Assembly (NCBI GenBank): GCA_964540055.1
Contig: CAZILC010000006.1
Span: 8,228 to 72,227, forward strand
DNA: 64,000 nt
Source: an uncultured Gammaproteobacteria bacterium
Lineage (GTDB): Bacteria > Patescibacteriota > Microgenomatia > Levybacterales > UBA12049
Direction: 5' to 3'
A program made the position numbers and the translations under genes. The notes beneath the pieces were generated by a model that ran no database searches, was not told the origin of the DNA, and worked only from the letters and a program-made list of their open reading frames with translations. Position 1 is the stretch's first letter. Each line of letters begins with the position of its first letter. This document shows, in pieces, positions 18,124-27,375 of this stretch.

Positions 18124-18669
18124 ATGAAAATCGGTTTTGATCTGGACAAAATTTTTATTAATACGCCGCCTTTGGTCCCCATTTCGATCATCAACAAATT
18201 TTACAAACAGCGAGATAATGGCATATTACTGTATCGAATTCCAACGCGACCCGAACAGCTCTTTCGAAAAGCAACCCACGTGCCGCTTCTTCGCCAACCT
18301 ATTAAAAATAATCTTAGCTTACTCCGAAATCTTGCCAAAAATAAAAATAACCAACTGTTTTTAATATCAAGCCGTTTTAAATTTCTCGAACCTGAAACCG
18401 CAATGCTTGTCAAAAAATATGGCCTTGATCAAATATTTGATAAACTTTATTTTAATTATGAAAATAAACAGCCGCATAAATTTAAAAACGAAATTCTCCA
18501 GCATTTAAAACTGGATATTTTTGTCGATGATGATTTGTCCCTTGTCCGTTTCGTTGCCAAAGATAATCCGAAAACCCAATTTTTCTGGCTTAATGAACAA
18601 AAAATTGAAAAAAAACTCACTGACAATATCACAGCAATTTCAAAATTAGGAGAAATTATTAAAAAATAA
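18124..18669 (+). CDS. HAD-superfamily-like hydrolase
   Basis: N-terminal FDLDKI (DxD motif I) and C-terminal FVDDD (motif IV-like). Small size. Confidence 0.45.
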   Translation: MKIGFDLDKIFINTPPLVPISIINKFYKQRDNGILLYRIPTRPEQLFRKATHVPLLRQPIKNNLSLLRNLAKNKNNQLFLISSRFKFLEPETAMLVKKYGLDQIFDKLYFNYENKQPHKFKNEILQHLKLDIFVDDDLSLVRFVAKDNPKTQFFWLNEQKIEKKLTDNITAISKLGEIIKK

Positions 18670-20936
18670 TGAATCAATCAGATATTATTGCCGTCCTTCA
18701 ATGGTGGCTTGTCATTTTCGTTTTGGGAGTCGGTTTTACACCTGTTACCTTTAGATTATTTTCGCCATTTTTTGATAAAGGATATCTTTACTCGCGTCTG
18801 GTCGGACTTGTTCTTGTCGGCTTCTTTGTTTTTGTTCTCGGGACATTTCATATCGCAACCTTCTCAAATCCGACAATTATTATTACGGCACTTATTATTG
18901 CTGCAGTTGCTTTTTTCTTTTTCAAGCCACTTTGGAAACTTCTTATCATTTTTAAACAAATGTGGTACATCTTTATCCTTGAAGAATTACTCTTTTTAGG
19001 AATTCTTTTTATGTGGGCGTATATTCATTCCTTTTCACCCGATATCCACGGACTTGAAAAATATATGGATTTCGGATTTGTTAATTCACTTCTGCGATCC
19101 GATTATTTCCCACCTAAAGATATGTGGTTCACACCTTATACGATAAATTATTATTACTTCGGCCATTTACTCACAGCGCTTCTGACCAAACTTTCCGGAC
19201 TTCCTTCGTATATATCGTTTAATTTGATGCTTTCAACGATCGTCGCATTTTGTTTTACAACGACATTCTCACTTGGCGCAAATCTGTATTATTTCCTGGT
19301 CAAAGCGGAAAAATTTAGTAAATTAAAACTTGCTCTTGCCGGTCTTTTGACAGCTGCTTTGACAACCTTTGCCGGCAATCTGCATTTGCTGTATGGATTT
19401 TTTAAGCCGTACAACACCGACAATCCTGTGCCAATGTGGGATTTACCATTTAAACCTTTCAATTTCCCGAATAGCTACTGGTATCCCAATGCGACACGGT
19501 TTATTTATCATACCATCCATGAATTTCCTATCTATTCCTGGACCGTTGCGGATCTTCACGGGCATGTTTTGGATATTCCTTTTGTCCTTCTTACTGTTTC
19601 ACTTCTTTTCTCATTTTATATAATGCACAGTGAAAATCCGGATGCTGAAAAAACAGTAGGACAAACATTTATCGTCCACCCATTGCATTTACTCTTCATT
19701 GGGGTGTTACTTGCGGTTATGTATATGACCAATGCCTGGGACGGGGCAATCTACTGGGCGCTTGCTGCGATGACTCTTGCAGTCATTCACGGACAAAAAA
19801 AGTATCAATACAAAGCAGCATTTGATAAAAATGAATCAGCATCGGTTGTTAAAAACGGCAAAAAGCAAACTCGATTTGGCAAACTCCAATCTTGGCAAAT
19901 AGCATGGGTCCGTGATTTTTCTCTATCAATACTTGTCGTAACAGCTGCATTTCTTCTTTTTTCAACCCCATATAATATCCATTTCAAACCGTTTGCATCA
20001 GGAATCGGAGTCATCTGTGCACCTGACGTCTTGACCAAAATAGGCAAAATCGGGCCGTTTCTTTTTGAAGCGGATCATTGCCAGCGTTCTTACTGGTGGG
20101 AACTCGCAACACTTTACGGGTTTTTCTATTTCTTTGTCATTGCTTTTGGCGTTTTTCTGGTTCGCGCCAAACGTCACTCACCAACAGATGTTTTTGTAGC
20201 CCTACTTATCATTCTTTCAACCTTGCTAATATTTATTCCGGAATTCTTTTATTTGAAAGATATCTATCCGACTTATTACCGTGCAAACACCATGTTTAAG
20301 CTCGTCTTTCAGGCTTTTATGATGCTTTCAATTACGAGTGCCTACGTGATCTATCGTATGACAATTCTGATTCCTTATCAACGATTAACGAAAAAAATCT
20401 TTCTCTTTATCTTTTTCCTAGTATCAGCAATGCTTGTTTGTGTGGTTTTAACGTATCCATATCTTGCCGTAAATGCCTATTATAATAATTTAAAAACATA
20501 TCAAGGACTTGATGGCATCACCTATTTAAAAAACCAGTATCCTGATGACTACTTAGCAATTCAATGGCTCAATAAAAATATCAAAGGCCAACCAGTGATT
20601 CTTGAAGCGCAAGGAGATTCCTACACGGATTATGCCAGAATTTCAGCAAATACAGGCCTCCCAACAGTTCTCGGCTGGACCGTTCACGAATGGCTTTGGC
20701 GCGGAACCTATGATATCCCTGCTCCAAGAATAGAAGAGGTAAAAACGCTTTATGAAACAACAAATATGCAAACTGCCAAAGACCTCATTCAGAAATACAA
20801 CGTTCAGTATGTCTATATCGGATCCCTCGAGTTCCAAAAATATCCAAACCTCAATGAATCCAAATTTGCTCAACTAGGCCAACTTGTCTACAATCACGGT
20901 ACAGTAAAGATATATAAAATAAATCAATACCACTAG
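18669..20936 (+). CDS. YYY-motif membrane protein (DUF2298 / Chlor_Arch_YYY family, GT-C-like)
   Basis: 755-aa polytopic protein containing TPYTINYYYFGHLLTA, the motif that names the family. Confidence 0.7.
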   Translation: MNQSDIIAVLQWWLVIFVLGVGFTPVTFRLFSPFFDKGYLYSRLVGLVLVGFFVFVLGTFHIATFSNPTIIITALIIAAVAFFFFKPLWKLLIIFKQMWYIFILEELLFLGILFMWAYIHSFSPDIHGLEKYMDFGFVNSLLRSDYFPPKDMWFTPYTINYYYFGHLLTALLTKLSGLPSYISFNLMLSTIVAFCFTTTFSLGANLYYFLVKAEKFSKLKLALAGLLTAALTTFAGNLHLLYGFFKPYNTDNPVPMWDLPFKPFNFPNSYWYPNATRFIYHTIHEFPIYSWTVADLHGHVLDIPFVLLTVSLLFSFYIMHSENPDAEKTVGQTFIVHPLHLLFIGVLLAVMYMTNAWDGAIYWALAAMTLAVIHGQKKYQYKAAFDKNESASVVKNGKKQTRFGKLQSWQIAWVRDFSLSILVVTAAFLLFSTPYNIHFKPFASGIGVICAPDVLTKIGKIGPFLFEADHCQRSYWWELATLYGFFYFFVIAFGVFLVRAKRHSPTDVFVALLIILSTLLIFIPEFFYLKDIYPTYYRANTMFKLVFQAFMMLSITSAYVIYRMTILIPYQRLTKKIFLFIFFLVSAMLVCVVLTYPYLAVNAYYNNLKTYQGLDGITYLKNQYPDDYLAIQWLNKNIKGQPVILEAQGDSYTDYARISANTGLPTVLGWTVHEWLWRGTYDIPAPRIEEVKTLYETTNMQTAKDLIQKYNVQYVYIGSLEFQKYPNLNESKFAQLGQLVYNHGTVKIYKINQYH

Positions 20937-20957
20937 CTTTTAACTTAAATCGTAAAA

Positions 20958-21012
20958 CTCAAATCTCAAAGTTACATCTCAAATTTCAAATCCAATAAAC
21001 TCAAATATCAAT
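20958..21012. repeat. Degenerate direct repeats of about 20-21 bp built on CTCAAAT
   Basis: CTCAAAT-type heptamers at 20958, 20965, 20978, 20985 and 20999, arranged as pairs 7 nt apart that recur every 20-21 nt. Confidence 0.4.
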
Positions 21013-21026
21013 CTTGAATCGGCATT

Positions 21027-21202
21027 TACTGCGCGCAGCGTTAAAAAAATTTTCGTAGTGGAGCGTATAATAAAAACGAACGTTTTTTAGCGGAACGGAG
21101 AAAATTTTTAGCGAGCGCCACCATGAAATGACAAGTACTCTTGGAGTGCACAGCCTTGTCGAGAGTTTTGGTACTTTGGCGGCCCAAAGTACAAGAAATA
21201 AA
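21027..21202. repeat. Structured intergenic repeat, copy B (with roughly 35-nt insertion)
   Basis: Has the same modules as copy A (CTGCGCGCAG; AAAAACGAACGTTTTT; TTTTTAGC x2; hairpin at 21171-21192), plus an extra segment at about 21116-21153. Confidence 0.75.
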
Positions 21203-21209
21203 ACTTACT

Positions 21210-22430
21210 CTATTCTTTAACTGAAGCAGTAGATTGAGGTTTGGGCGTAGGCGTCACAATGCCATACTGCCCCACAACACAATTCCCCGCAGCAATCTGA
21301 CACGCAACATATCTCTGAATCTCAGAATAATCAGTCGCGCCAGCACGAGGAGCCAATACCCAAGCCCCTCCGTAATCGACAGTTGGCGGATTAATTAACA
21401 AACCATAACTCTCAGTCTCCGAATCCCCAGTATCGAGAACATTACTGACAATTTTTGCACCCTTCATATCTTGGGCAAGCCTTATGAAATCAGCATATTG
21501 GCCTTGCGTGATATCCGTCTCCAGACTTCCCGAAAGCGTATTCACCAGATCAATAACCTTAACGGGATTGAGAAGTGTTCCTACAGAAAAGAGCTTGGCC
21601 TTAAAAGCACTGATAACTAAGGCTTGACGTCTGGATCTGGCAAAATCCGATCCTTCAGGACCCAGTGCATGACGAGACCGTACATATTCCAAAGCTGTCT
21701 CCCCATCCATATGTGTTGAGCCTTTATCATAATGAATATGCTTGTATCTGCAAGGGAAAGAGTCAAGTTCTGTTGCACTGCCTGATGCAATTGCCGCCGA
21801 ATCACTGGCAATTTGCGCATCAGTTAATCCACACGTCGCATCTTCCTGACCTGTAATCGGATACGCATAATCATCAAATGTCCTCTCAACATTTATATCC
21901 AGCCCGCCAAGAATATTCACAGCTTTAACAAAACCCCCAAAATCAATTTTCACGCCATAATCAATATGTTGACCGAGAATTTTACCGACTTCTGTTTTCA
22001 TTACCGACAAACCGCTGCCGGGATTTTTTTCTGACGCAAATGTATAGGTTGCATTTATTTTTGCTCCAATATCAGGTACCCACAAATCCCGCGGAAGCGA
22101 GACAAGCGTTACTTTTTTATGAATCGGATCTATATGCATAAAAATAATAGTATCCGTCAAATCCGGTCCTTCATGCGTTCCACCGCCGATACCCAAAAGG
22201 AGAATATTAACTGGTTTGAGAGGTGGAGCATTAATATGCGCAATTTGCGTAACACTTGTATCCCAGAATGCAGAAAGAATCGCGCTGCTTTTCCAAATTA
22301 GAACACCGCAAATAAGAATAATTGCTACCCAAAAAGCCACTATCACACGCTTGCGGATGGGTTTTTTTCTTCTGTGTGGCACAAGCCTCGATGATTGCAA
22401 CCGGGATTCCGGTCTGTATCCATTATCCAT
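21210..22430 (-). CDS. LytR-CpsA-Psr (LCP) family protein
   Basis: N-terminal TM segment, then NILLLGIGGGTHEGPDLTDTIIFMHIDPIHKKVTLVSLPRDLWV, the LCP core signature. Confidence 0.85.
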   Translation of the reverse strand: MDNGYRPESRLQSSRLVPHRRKKPIRKRVIVAFWVAIILICGVLIWKSSAILSAFWDTSVTQIAHINAPPLKPVNILLLGIGGGTHEGPDLTDTIIFMHIDPIHKKVTLVSLPRDLWVPDIGAKINATYTFASEKNPGSGLSVMKTEVGKILGQHIDYGVKIDFGGFVKAVNILGGLDINVERTFDDYAYPITGQEDATCGLTDAQIASDSAAIASGSATELDSFPCRYKHIHYDKGSTHMDGETALEYVRSRHALGPEGSDFARSRRQALVISAFKAKLFSVGTLLNPVKVIDLVNTLSGSLETDITQGQYADFIRLAQDMKGAKIVSNVLDTGDSETESYGLLINPPTVDYGGAWVLAPRAGATDYSEIQRYVACQIAAGNCVVGQYGIVTPTPKPQSTASVKE

Positions 22431-22462
22431 GAGCTAATAGTTAATAGTAGAACAAGTAATCT

Positions 22463-23173
22463 TTAAATACTCTTAATTATAGAGACAAATTTCTCCACAT
22501 CCAAACTTGCCTGTCCGGGAAGTCCACCAGTTACATGTTCCAAACCGAATATTGTAGAAGCATTATCAGGATTGACACTTCCTCCGTAAATGGTAACTAC
22601 GTCTTTTCCAATCATTTTTCCTATGGCTGCAGTATTCACATCGATATCTTTAGGATCTACCGCATGAAAAGCTCCGCCGCCGCTGATGGCACTTGGCGGC
22701 TCATATACAAAGATAATTTTATCAGCATTTGAGACGAGTACATCATCTTCTTTCATGTAAAACTCCAACTGCTTCATGTCGCTAATACAAAGAACTGGAG
22801 TGATTTCTTGTGCGAGCAATTGTTTTAACTTTGCCAAGACATCGGCATCTGTCTCATGGAAGTATTTTCTCCGTTCGGAATGGCCCACTAGTGCATGAGT
22901 AACAATCCCTTTAACCTGCCTTGCAAAGATAGCACCGGTATAAGCACCTTCTTCAAATGGGGAAATATCCTGTACACCGAGTTTGAGTGGCAAATTATTC
23001 GACTCGATATATGCCTTCATTTCAGTGAGAAAAGGAAATGGCGGACAGATAATTACTTCTTTTTCTTCAGGTGTAAACGCAGGAGCTAATTCTTTAAATT
23101 TCTCAAGCCAAGCAATCGCATCGGAGAGTGTTTTGTATGATTTCCAATTGCCAACAATAAAGAGCTTTTTCAT
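22463..23173 (-). CDS. tpiA: Triosephosphate isomerase
   Basis: GNWKSYK near the N-terminus, VGHSERR, and the YEPPSAISGG region. Confidence 0.9.
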   Translation of the reverse strand: MKKLFIVGNWKSYKTLSDAIAWLEKFKELAPAFTPEEKEVIICPPFPFLTEMKAYIESNNLPLKLGVQDISPFEEGAYTGAIFARQVKGIVTHALVGHSERRKYFHETDADVLAKLKQLLAQEITPVLCISDMKQLEFYMKEDDVLVSNADKIIFVYEPPSAISGGGAFHAVDPKDIDVNTAAIGKMIGKDVVTIYGGSVNPDNASTIFGLEHVTGGLPGQASLDVEKFVSIIKSI

Positions 23174-23196
23174 ATGCTATTATACCATTATAACAA

Positions 23197-23703
23197 ATGC
23201 CCAACCAATTTTCGCACCCTTGGAAGAAGAAAGATATAGATTTTCTTATAACTAACTTTCGTCTTATGTCATACCAAGATATTGGTACTCACCTGAACAG
23301 AAGTTATAGCTCAGATTTACTCGTACTTGGAATCACACCGAGAAAAAGTTTAATAATTAAACCACCAAATATACCTAATAAATATTTTTGGCATTACATA
23401 AGAGGTTTTTTTGATGGAGATGGCTGTGTCCATCTTTTTCGAAATCGATATCCAAGTCATCTTAATACATACTTTTATACAGGAAGTCCTTATATGGCAG
23501 AATTCCTTTGGCAAAAACTTTCAGGATATTTAGTTGACTATAAAGGCACCATAATGAAAAAGCGTAACAAAAATGCTTTTGTAATTCATTTCGGTCAAAA
23601 ACATAGTGAAGTAATCTTTCGTTATATGTATAATAATGCAACTATCTTTATGAATCGTAAATATTCTATATTTTTGAAAGGGATTAATACCAATGGATCT
23701 TAG
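23197..23703 (+). CDS. Free-standing LAGLIDADG-type protein (single-motif homing-endonuclease-like) with N-terminal HTH-like segment
   Basis: YIRGFFDGDGCVHLF is a LAGLIDADG dodecapeptide. The N-terminal WKKKDIDFLITNFRLMSYQDIGTHLNRS looks like a DNA-binding helix-turn-helix. The 3' end overlaps pcrA by 11 nt. Confidence 0.55.
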   Translation: MPNQFSHPWKKKDIDFLITNFRLMSYQDIGTHLNRSYSSDLLVLGITPRKSLIIKPPNIPNKYFWHYIRGFFDGDGCVHLFRNRYPSHLNTYFYTGSPYMAEFLWQKLSGYLVDYKGTIMKKRNKNAFVIHFGQKHSEVIFRYMYNNATIFMNRKYSIFLKGINTNGS

Positions 23704-25579
23704 CGGACTCAATAAAGAGCAACAAAAAGCTGTATTAGCTACAGAAGGACCAGTGATCATTCTAGCTGGAGCTGGATCGGGTAAAACTCGAGTTCTGACT
23801 TATCGAATATTATATTTGCTTACTGATAAACATATTGATCCATCAAGTATTCTTGCCATCACATTCACCAACAAAGCTGCCTTGGAAATGAAAGAGCGGA
23901 TGAAAAAATATCTGCCCGACAGGCCGCTGCCATGGATCGCGACGTTTCATGCCATGTGTGCCAAAATACTCCGTCGGGAAAGCCATCACCTGGGCTTTTC
24001 GCACAATTTTATTATTTATGACTCAGCAGATCAGCTAGAAGCGATAAAAGAAGCTATGCGGATACTCAATATCTCAACCCGTGATTTCAAACCTCATTCA
24101 GTCCATGCCACCATCTCTCAAGCCAAAAATGAAATTATTATGGGAAGTGAATATAAAAATTTTGCCCGCGGCTATTTCCAGGAAACAGTTGCAAAAATTT
24201 ATCCTGTCTATCAGACAATTCTGAAAGAAAATGATGCGCTTGATTTTGATGATCTTATTCTGCATACGATTAAACTATTCCGCGATCATGAGCAAATCCT
24301 GAAGAAATATCAGAATAACTTCCGCTACATTCTTATCGATGAATATCAGGACACCAACCGTGCGCAGTATGTACTGACCAAACTGCTCGTTGGCACGAAT
24401 CCGAATAAACAAAATATTTGTGTCGTTGGAGATTTTTCCCAAAGCATTTACAGCTGGCGAGGAGCGGATTATCGCAACCTCAGCCGGTTTAAAGACGATT
24501 TTGCCGGTACGAAAACATTTTCACTTTCTCAAAACTACCGCTCCACACAAAAAATCCTCGACGGCGCGACAACAGTGATTTCCAAAAATACCAGCCATCC
24601 AGTCCTCAAGTTATGGACGGAAAATGCTGAAGGCGAGGAAATTGACCTCTATGAAGCGGATAATGAAGGTGATGAAGCGGATTTTATCATCAGAACTGTT
24701 GCTAATTTGGGACTCAAACGACTAAATCAGGTAGCGGTTCTGTACAGAACCAATGCTCAATCCCGTGTCATCGAAGAAGCGCTTTTGCATCATGGGCTTC
24801 CGTATCTGCTCATTGGCGGGACGAGATTTTATGAAAGAAAAGAAATTAAAGACATACTTGCCTATCTTCGCGTTATCAGTAATCCTAAAGATTTGGTGTC
24901 ATACAAACGGATTGAAAAATTGGGGAAAGGCAGACTTGAGCGCTTTTTGGAATTGAACGAAACATTAAAAGTTACAAAAAAACCTGAAGTTGAGCCTGAC
25001 CCAGCAGGCAATGCATTTACCGATTCATTAGGTGCTCCGGATAAAACTGACAGACCTGAAAAAACAATCGATATCCTCGATAGTGTCGTCAAAGCTACAA
25101 ATTATCTTGATCTGTATGATGATAAAATTGAAGAAGATCGAGCGAGACTTGAAAACATTAAGGAATTACGCTCTGTTGCGATTGAATTTCCCAATCTGAC
25201 TGACTTTTTGCAAAATGTTACGTTGGTGGAACAGGAATATCATTCGGATCGACAAGCAGACGGTGAAAAGAAAAACGCGATAACCCTTATGACGCTTCAT
25301 GCGGCAAAAGGACTTGAGTTCCCGATCGTTTTTATGATCGGCATGGAAGAAGGGCTTTTTCCGCATTCGCGGTCTCTTATGGATAGGGGAGAGCTGGAAG
25401 AAGAAAGAAGACTTTGTTATGTCGGGATGACACGGGCAAAAGAAAAACTGTTTCTCACGTACGCTCGACGCCGGCTCTTTTTTGGGCAACGGACTACCAA
25501 TGTCGTCTCGCGTTTTGTCACAGAACTGCCCGAACACCTAATAACCCAACGGGTCTCAGAAAACGACAGATATTTCTAA
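23693..25579 (+). CDS. pcrA: UvrD/PcrA/Rep-family ATP-dependent DNA helicase
   Basis: LNKEQQKAV...ILAGAGSGKTRVLTYRI (motifs Q and I), ILIDEYQDTN (motif II), and C-terminal motifs LMTLHAAKGLEF and YVGMTRA. Confidence 0.9.
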   Translation: MDLSGLNKEQQKAVLATEGPVIILAGAGSGKTRVLTYRILYLLTDKHIDPSSILAITFTNKAALEMKERMKKYLPDRPLPWIATFHAMCAKILRRESHHLGFSHNFIIYDSADQLEAIKEAMRILNISTRDFKPHSVHATISQAKNEIIMGSEYKNFARGYFQETVAKIYPVYQTILKENDALDFDDLILHTIKLFRDHEQILKKYQNNFRYILIDEYQDTNRAQYVLTKLLVGTNPNKQNICVVGDFSQSIYSWRGADYRNLSRFKDDFAGTKTFSLSQNYRSTQKILDGATTVISKNTSHPVLKLWTENAEGEEIDLYEADNEGDEADFIIRTVANLGLKRLNQVAVLYRTNAQSRVIEEALLHHGLPYLLIGGTRFYERKEIKDILAYLRVISNPKDLVSYKRIEKLGKGRLERFLELNETLKVTKKPEVEPDPAGNAFTDSLGAPDKTDRPEKTIDILDSVVKATNYLDLYDDKIEEDRARLENIKELRSVAIEFPNLTDFLQNVTLVEQEYHSDRQADGEKKNAITLMTLHAAKGLEFPIVFMIGMEEGLFPHSRSLMDRGELEEERRLCYVGMTRAKEKLFLTYARRRLFFGQRTTNVVSRFVTELPEHLITQRVSENDRYF

Positions 25580-26472
25580 TCTTCACTGTACCTGCTATAC
25601 AACCACACACCGATAACGACCAACCAGGCGCCGAAGAATTCCACATAGGAAATGCTTTCACCATATAATAAATAGCCCAAAATTAATGAAAATAAATTAC
25701 TTACAAGCAATAATTGCGTAGCGACGACCGCATTTAACTTCTGAAATCCGAAATTCTGGAGTTTGGTAACGAGCACAATGATAAATCCACTCACAAGTAG
25801 TCCATATAAAGCAATAGAATTTAAAAAGCCGGAAACAGGTAATGACTCACCAATAAAAAACGCGGTAATTACAGAGCAGATAAAAGCAAAAAACAAGACA
25901 ACAACAGCAATTTCAGTATTATTGAGTTTATTTGAAAGAAATTTTCGACCTAGTACATAAATACCTATCCCTGCCGCGTAAAGTAAAACAAAAAAGTCAC
26001 CACTATTAAACTGGGATAATGATGGAATTAAAGATTTTGTCGCAAGGACAAAAACGCCGTAAATAGTGATTAATAAAAACAGAAGCAGATTTAGTTTAAA
26101 AGCTTTCCTGAGAACCAATATCGTAAACAGAAAGACAAAAAGCGGCGTTGTTGAGCTCATTACAGCCACATTAAGCAATTTTGTATGAAGAACACCAAGT
26201 GTCACAAAATCCACTGCAAGTCCATAACCTAAGGTCCCCATTAAAACAAGTAAAATCCAATCTTTCCGGCTTATTTTTCCAAACTTTTTAAAATCAATCT
26301 TCTTATAAAAAAGCCCTATGGTCAAAAGCAAACCCAACGCGATCCGTAAATATACCTGGGTGAAAGGCCCAAAACCTGCATTTATTATCCGGACAGAAAT
26401 ATTGAGGAGAGTAAAACACAAAGCAACAATACACATTGCTACAATTGCTTTTTGCTTTGAAGTTAAGCTCAT
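25576..26472 (-). CDS. EamA/DMT-family transporter
   Basis: 298 aa with about 10 TM segments in two homologous halves, typical of drug/metabolite transporters. Confidence 0.75.
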   Translation of the reverse strand: MSLTSKQKAIVAMCIVALCFTLLNISVRIINAGFGPFTQVYLRIALGLLLTIGLFYKKIDFKKFGKISRKDWILLVLMGTLGYGLAVDFVTLGVLHTKLLNVAVMSSTTPLFVFLFTILVLRKAFKLNLLLFLLITIYGVFVLATKSLIPSLSQFNSGDFFVLLYAAGIGIYVLGRKFLSNKLNNTEIAVVVLFFAFICSVITAFFIGESLPVSGFLNSIALYGLLVSGFIIVLVTKLQNFGFQKLNAVVATQLLLVSNLFSLILGYLLYGESISYVEFFGAWLVVIGVWLYSRYSED

Positions 26473-26487
26473 TTCTCAAGTATATCA
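26470..26487 (-). promoter_or_regulatory. Extended -10 promoter with leaderless ATG (EamA transporter)
   Basis: Minus strand reads TGATATACT-tgagaa-ATG. Confidence 0.5.
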
Positions 26488-26543
26488 GGTTTTATGTTCT
26501 TATTTTTTTCTTACTATTTTACAACTCCATCCTTGCGTGAGGC

Positions 26544-26561
26544 TGCTATTCTTGAGCCATG
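26544..26561 (+). promoter_or_regulatory. Extended -10 promoter with leaderless ATG (26559 gene)
   Basis: TGCTATTCT-tgagcc-ATG. Confidence 0.45.
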
Positions 26562-27362
26562 GTTAAAAGCGCAGTAATTTTTTCTGACGAAGATCAGGAA
26601 AAAAAAGAAGAAAAAAATTTCCGTTCAAATAGGCAGGAATCTGTCAATTTATCCCGTGAAGAATATAGACAGCTGATAAAAGAAGCTTATCACGAAGGTA
26701 GAGAAGAAGCACTGAATGAACAGCATAAACAACCTGGCGAACAACTGAATCAAACTGCAGATAATAAAACCCAATCGAAAAAAAGACCGAATAAATTAAT
26801 GCAGCAGCAAGAGAAAAATAGGAAGCGTTTTAAAGAAGCTATTGTCCCTGAGGCAGAAAAACAAAACCTTGAAGTTGAAGGCAAAGAAGATGCGATGCGA
26901 CTACACGCCAAAGAAGAGCAAGAAAATCTGCAACGTTTTAAAACAATCACTGAAAGACATGAGATTGAGATTATGCGGGCAAAATCCGTATGGCCTTTTT
27001 CTTTGTTCACCGATACATTGGTTATAGATACAACAAAAGTAACTATTGCCCATAAGCAGATGTTTGCTACAGAATATGTCGCAACAATTCCTCTAAAAGA
27101 TTTAGCAGACGTAAATATTCAAACCGTGCTTTTTCTAGGAACCGTGTTGATAAAATATATGCCGCAATCGGAAAGTCCCGGCATGACGAAACCTGTTGAG
27201 GTCCGAATTCCCAATCTTACGAGAGAAAATGCCGTCAAGGCAAAAAATATCCTTAAAGGAGCACTCGTAGCAAAAGCCGAGGAGATTGATATCGCCAAAT
27301 TACCGCCTGATGAAGTCGTAAAAGTACTTGAGAAATTCGGAGGCAACGAAGGAGTAGTTTAG
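26559..27362 (+). CDS. Hypothetical protein: K/E/Q-rich N-terminal half plus bacterial-PH-like C-terminal domain
   Basis: 267 aa. The C-terminal segment WPFSLFTDTLVIDTTKVTIAHKQMF...VNIQTVLFLGTVLIKY resembles YdbS/YdbT-type PH folds (weak). Confidence 0.45.
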   Translation: MVKSAVIFSDEDQEKKEEKNFRSNRQESVNLSREEYRQLIKEAYHEGREEALNEQHKQPGEQLNQTADNKTQSKKRPNKLMQQQEKNRKRFKEAIVPEAEKQNLEVEGKEDAMRLHAKEEQENLQRFKTITERHEIEIMRAKSVWPFSLFTDTLVIDTTKVTIAHKQMFATEYVATIPLKDLADVNIQTVLFLGTVLIKYMPQSESPGMTKPVEVRIPNLTRENAVKAKNILKGALVAKAEEIDIAKLPPDEVVKVLEKFGGNEGVV

Positions 27363-27375
27363 AAGGGTAAAGGAC

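Noticed and set aside
20958-21012. CTCAAAT repeats or the 15-bp PVKTV repeats (62456-62500) as a CRISPR array
   Set aside because: The units are far too short and degenerate, there is no repeat-spacer architecture, one set is coding, and no cas genes lie nearby.
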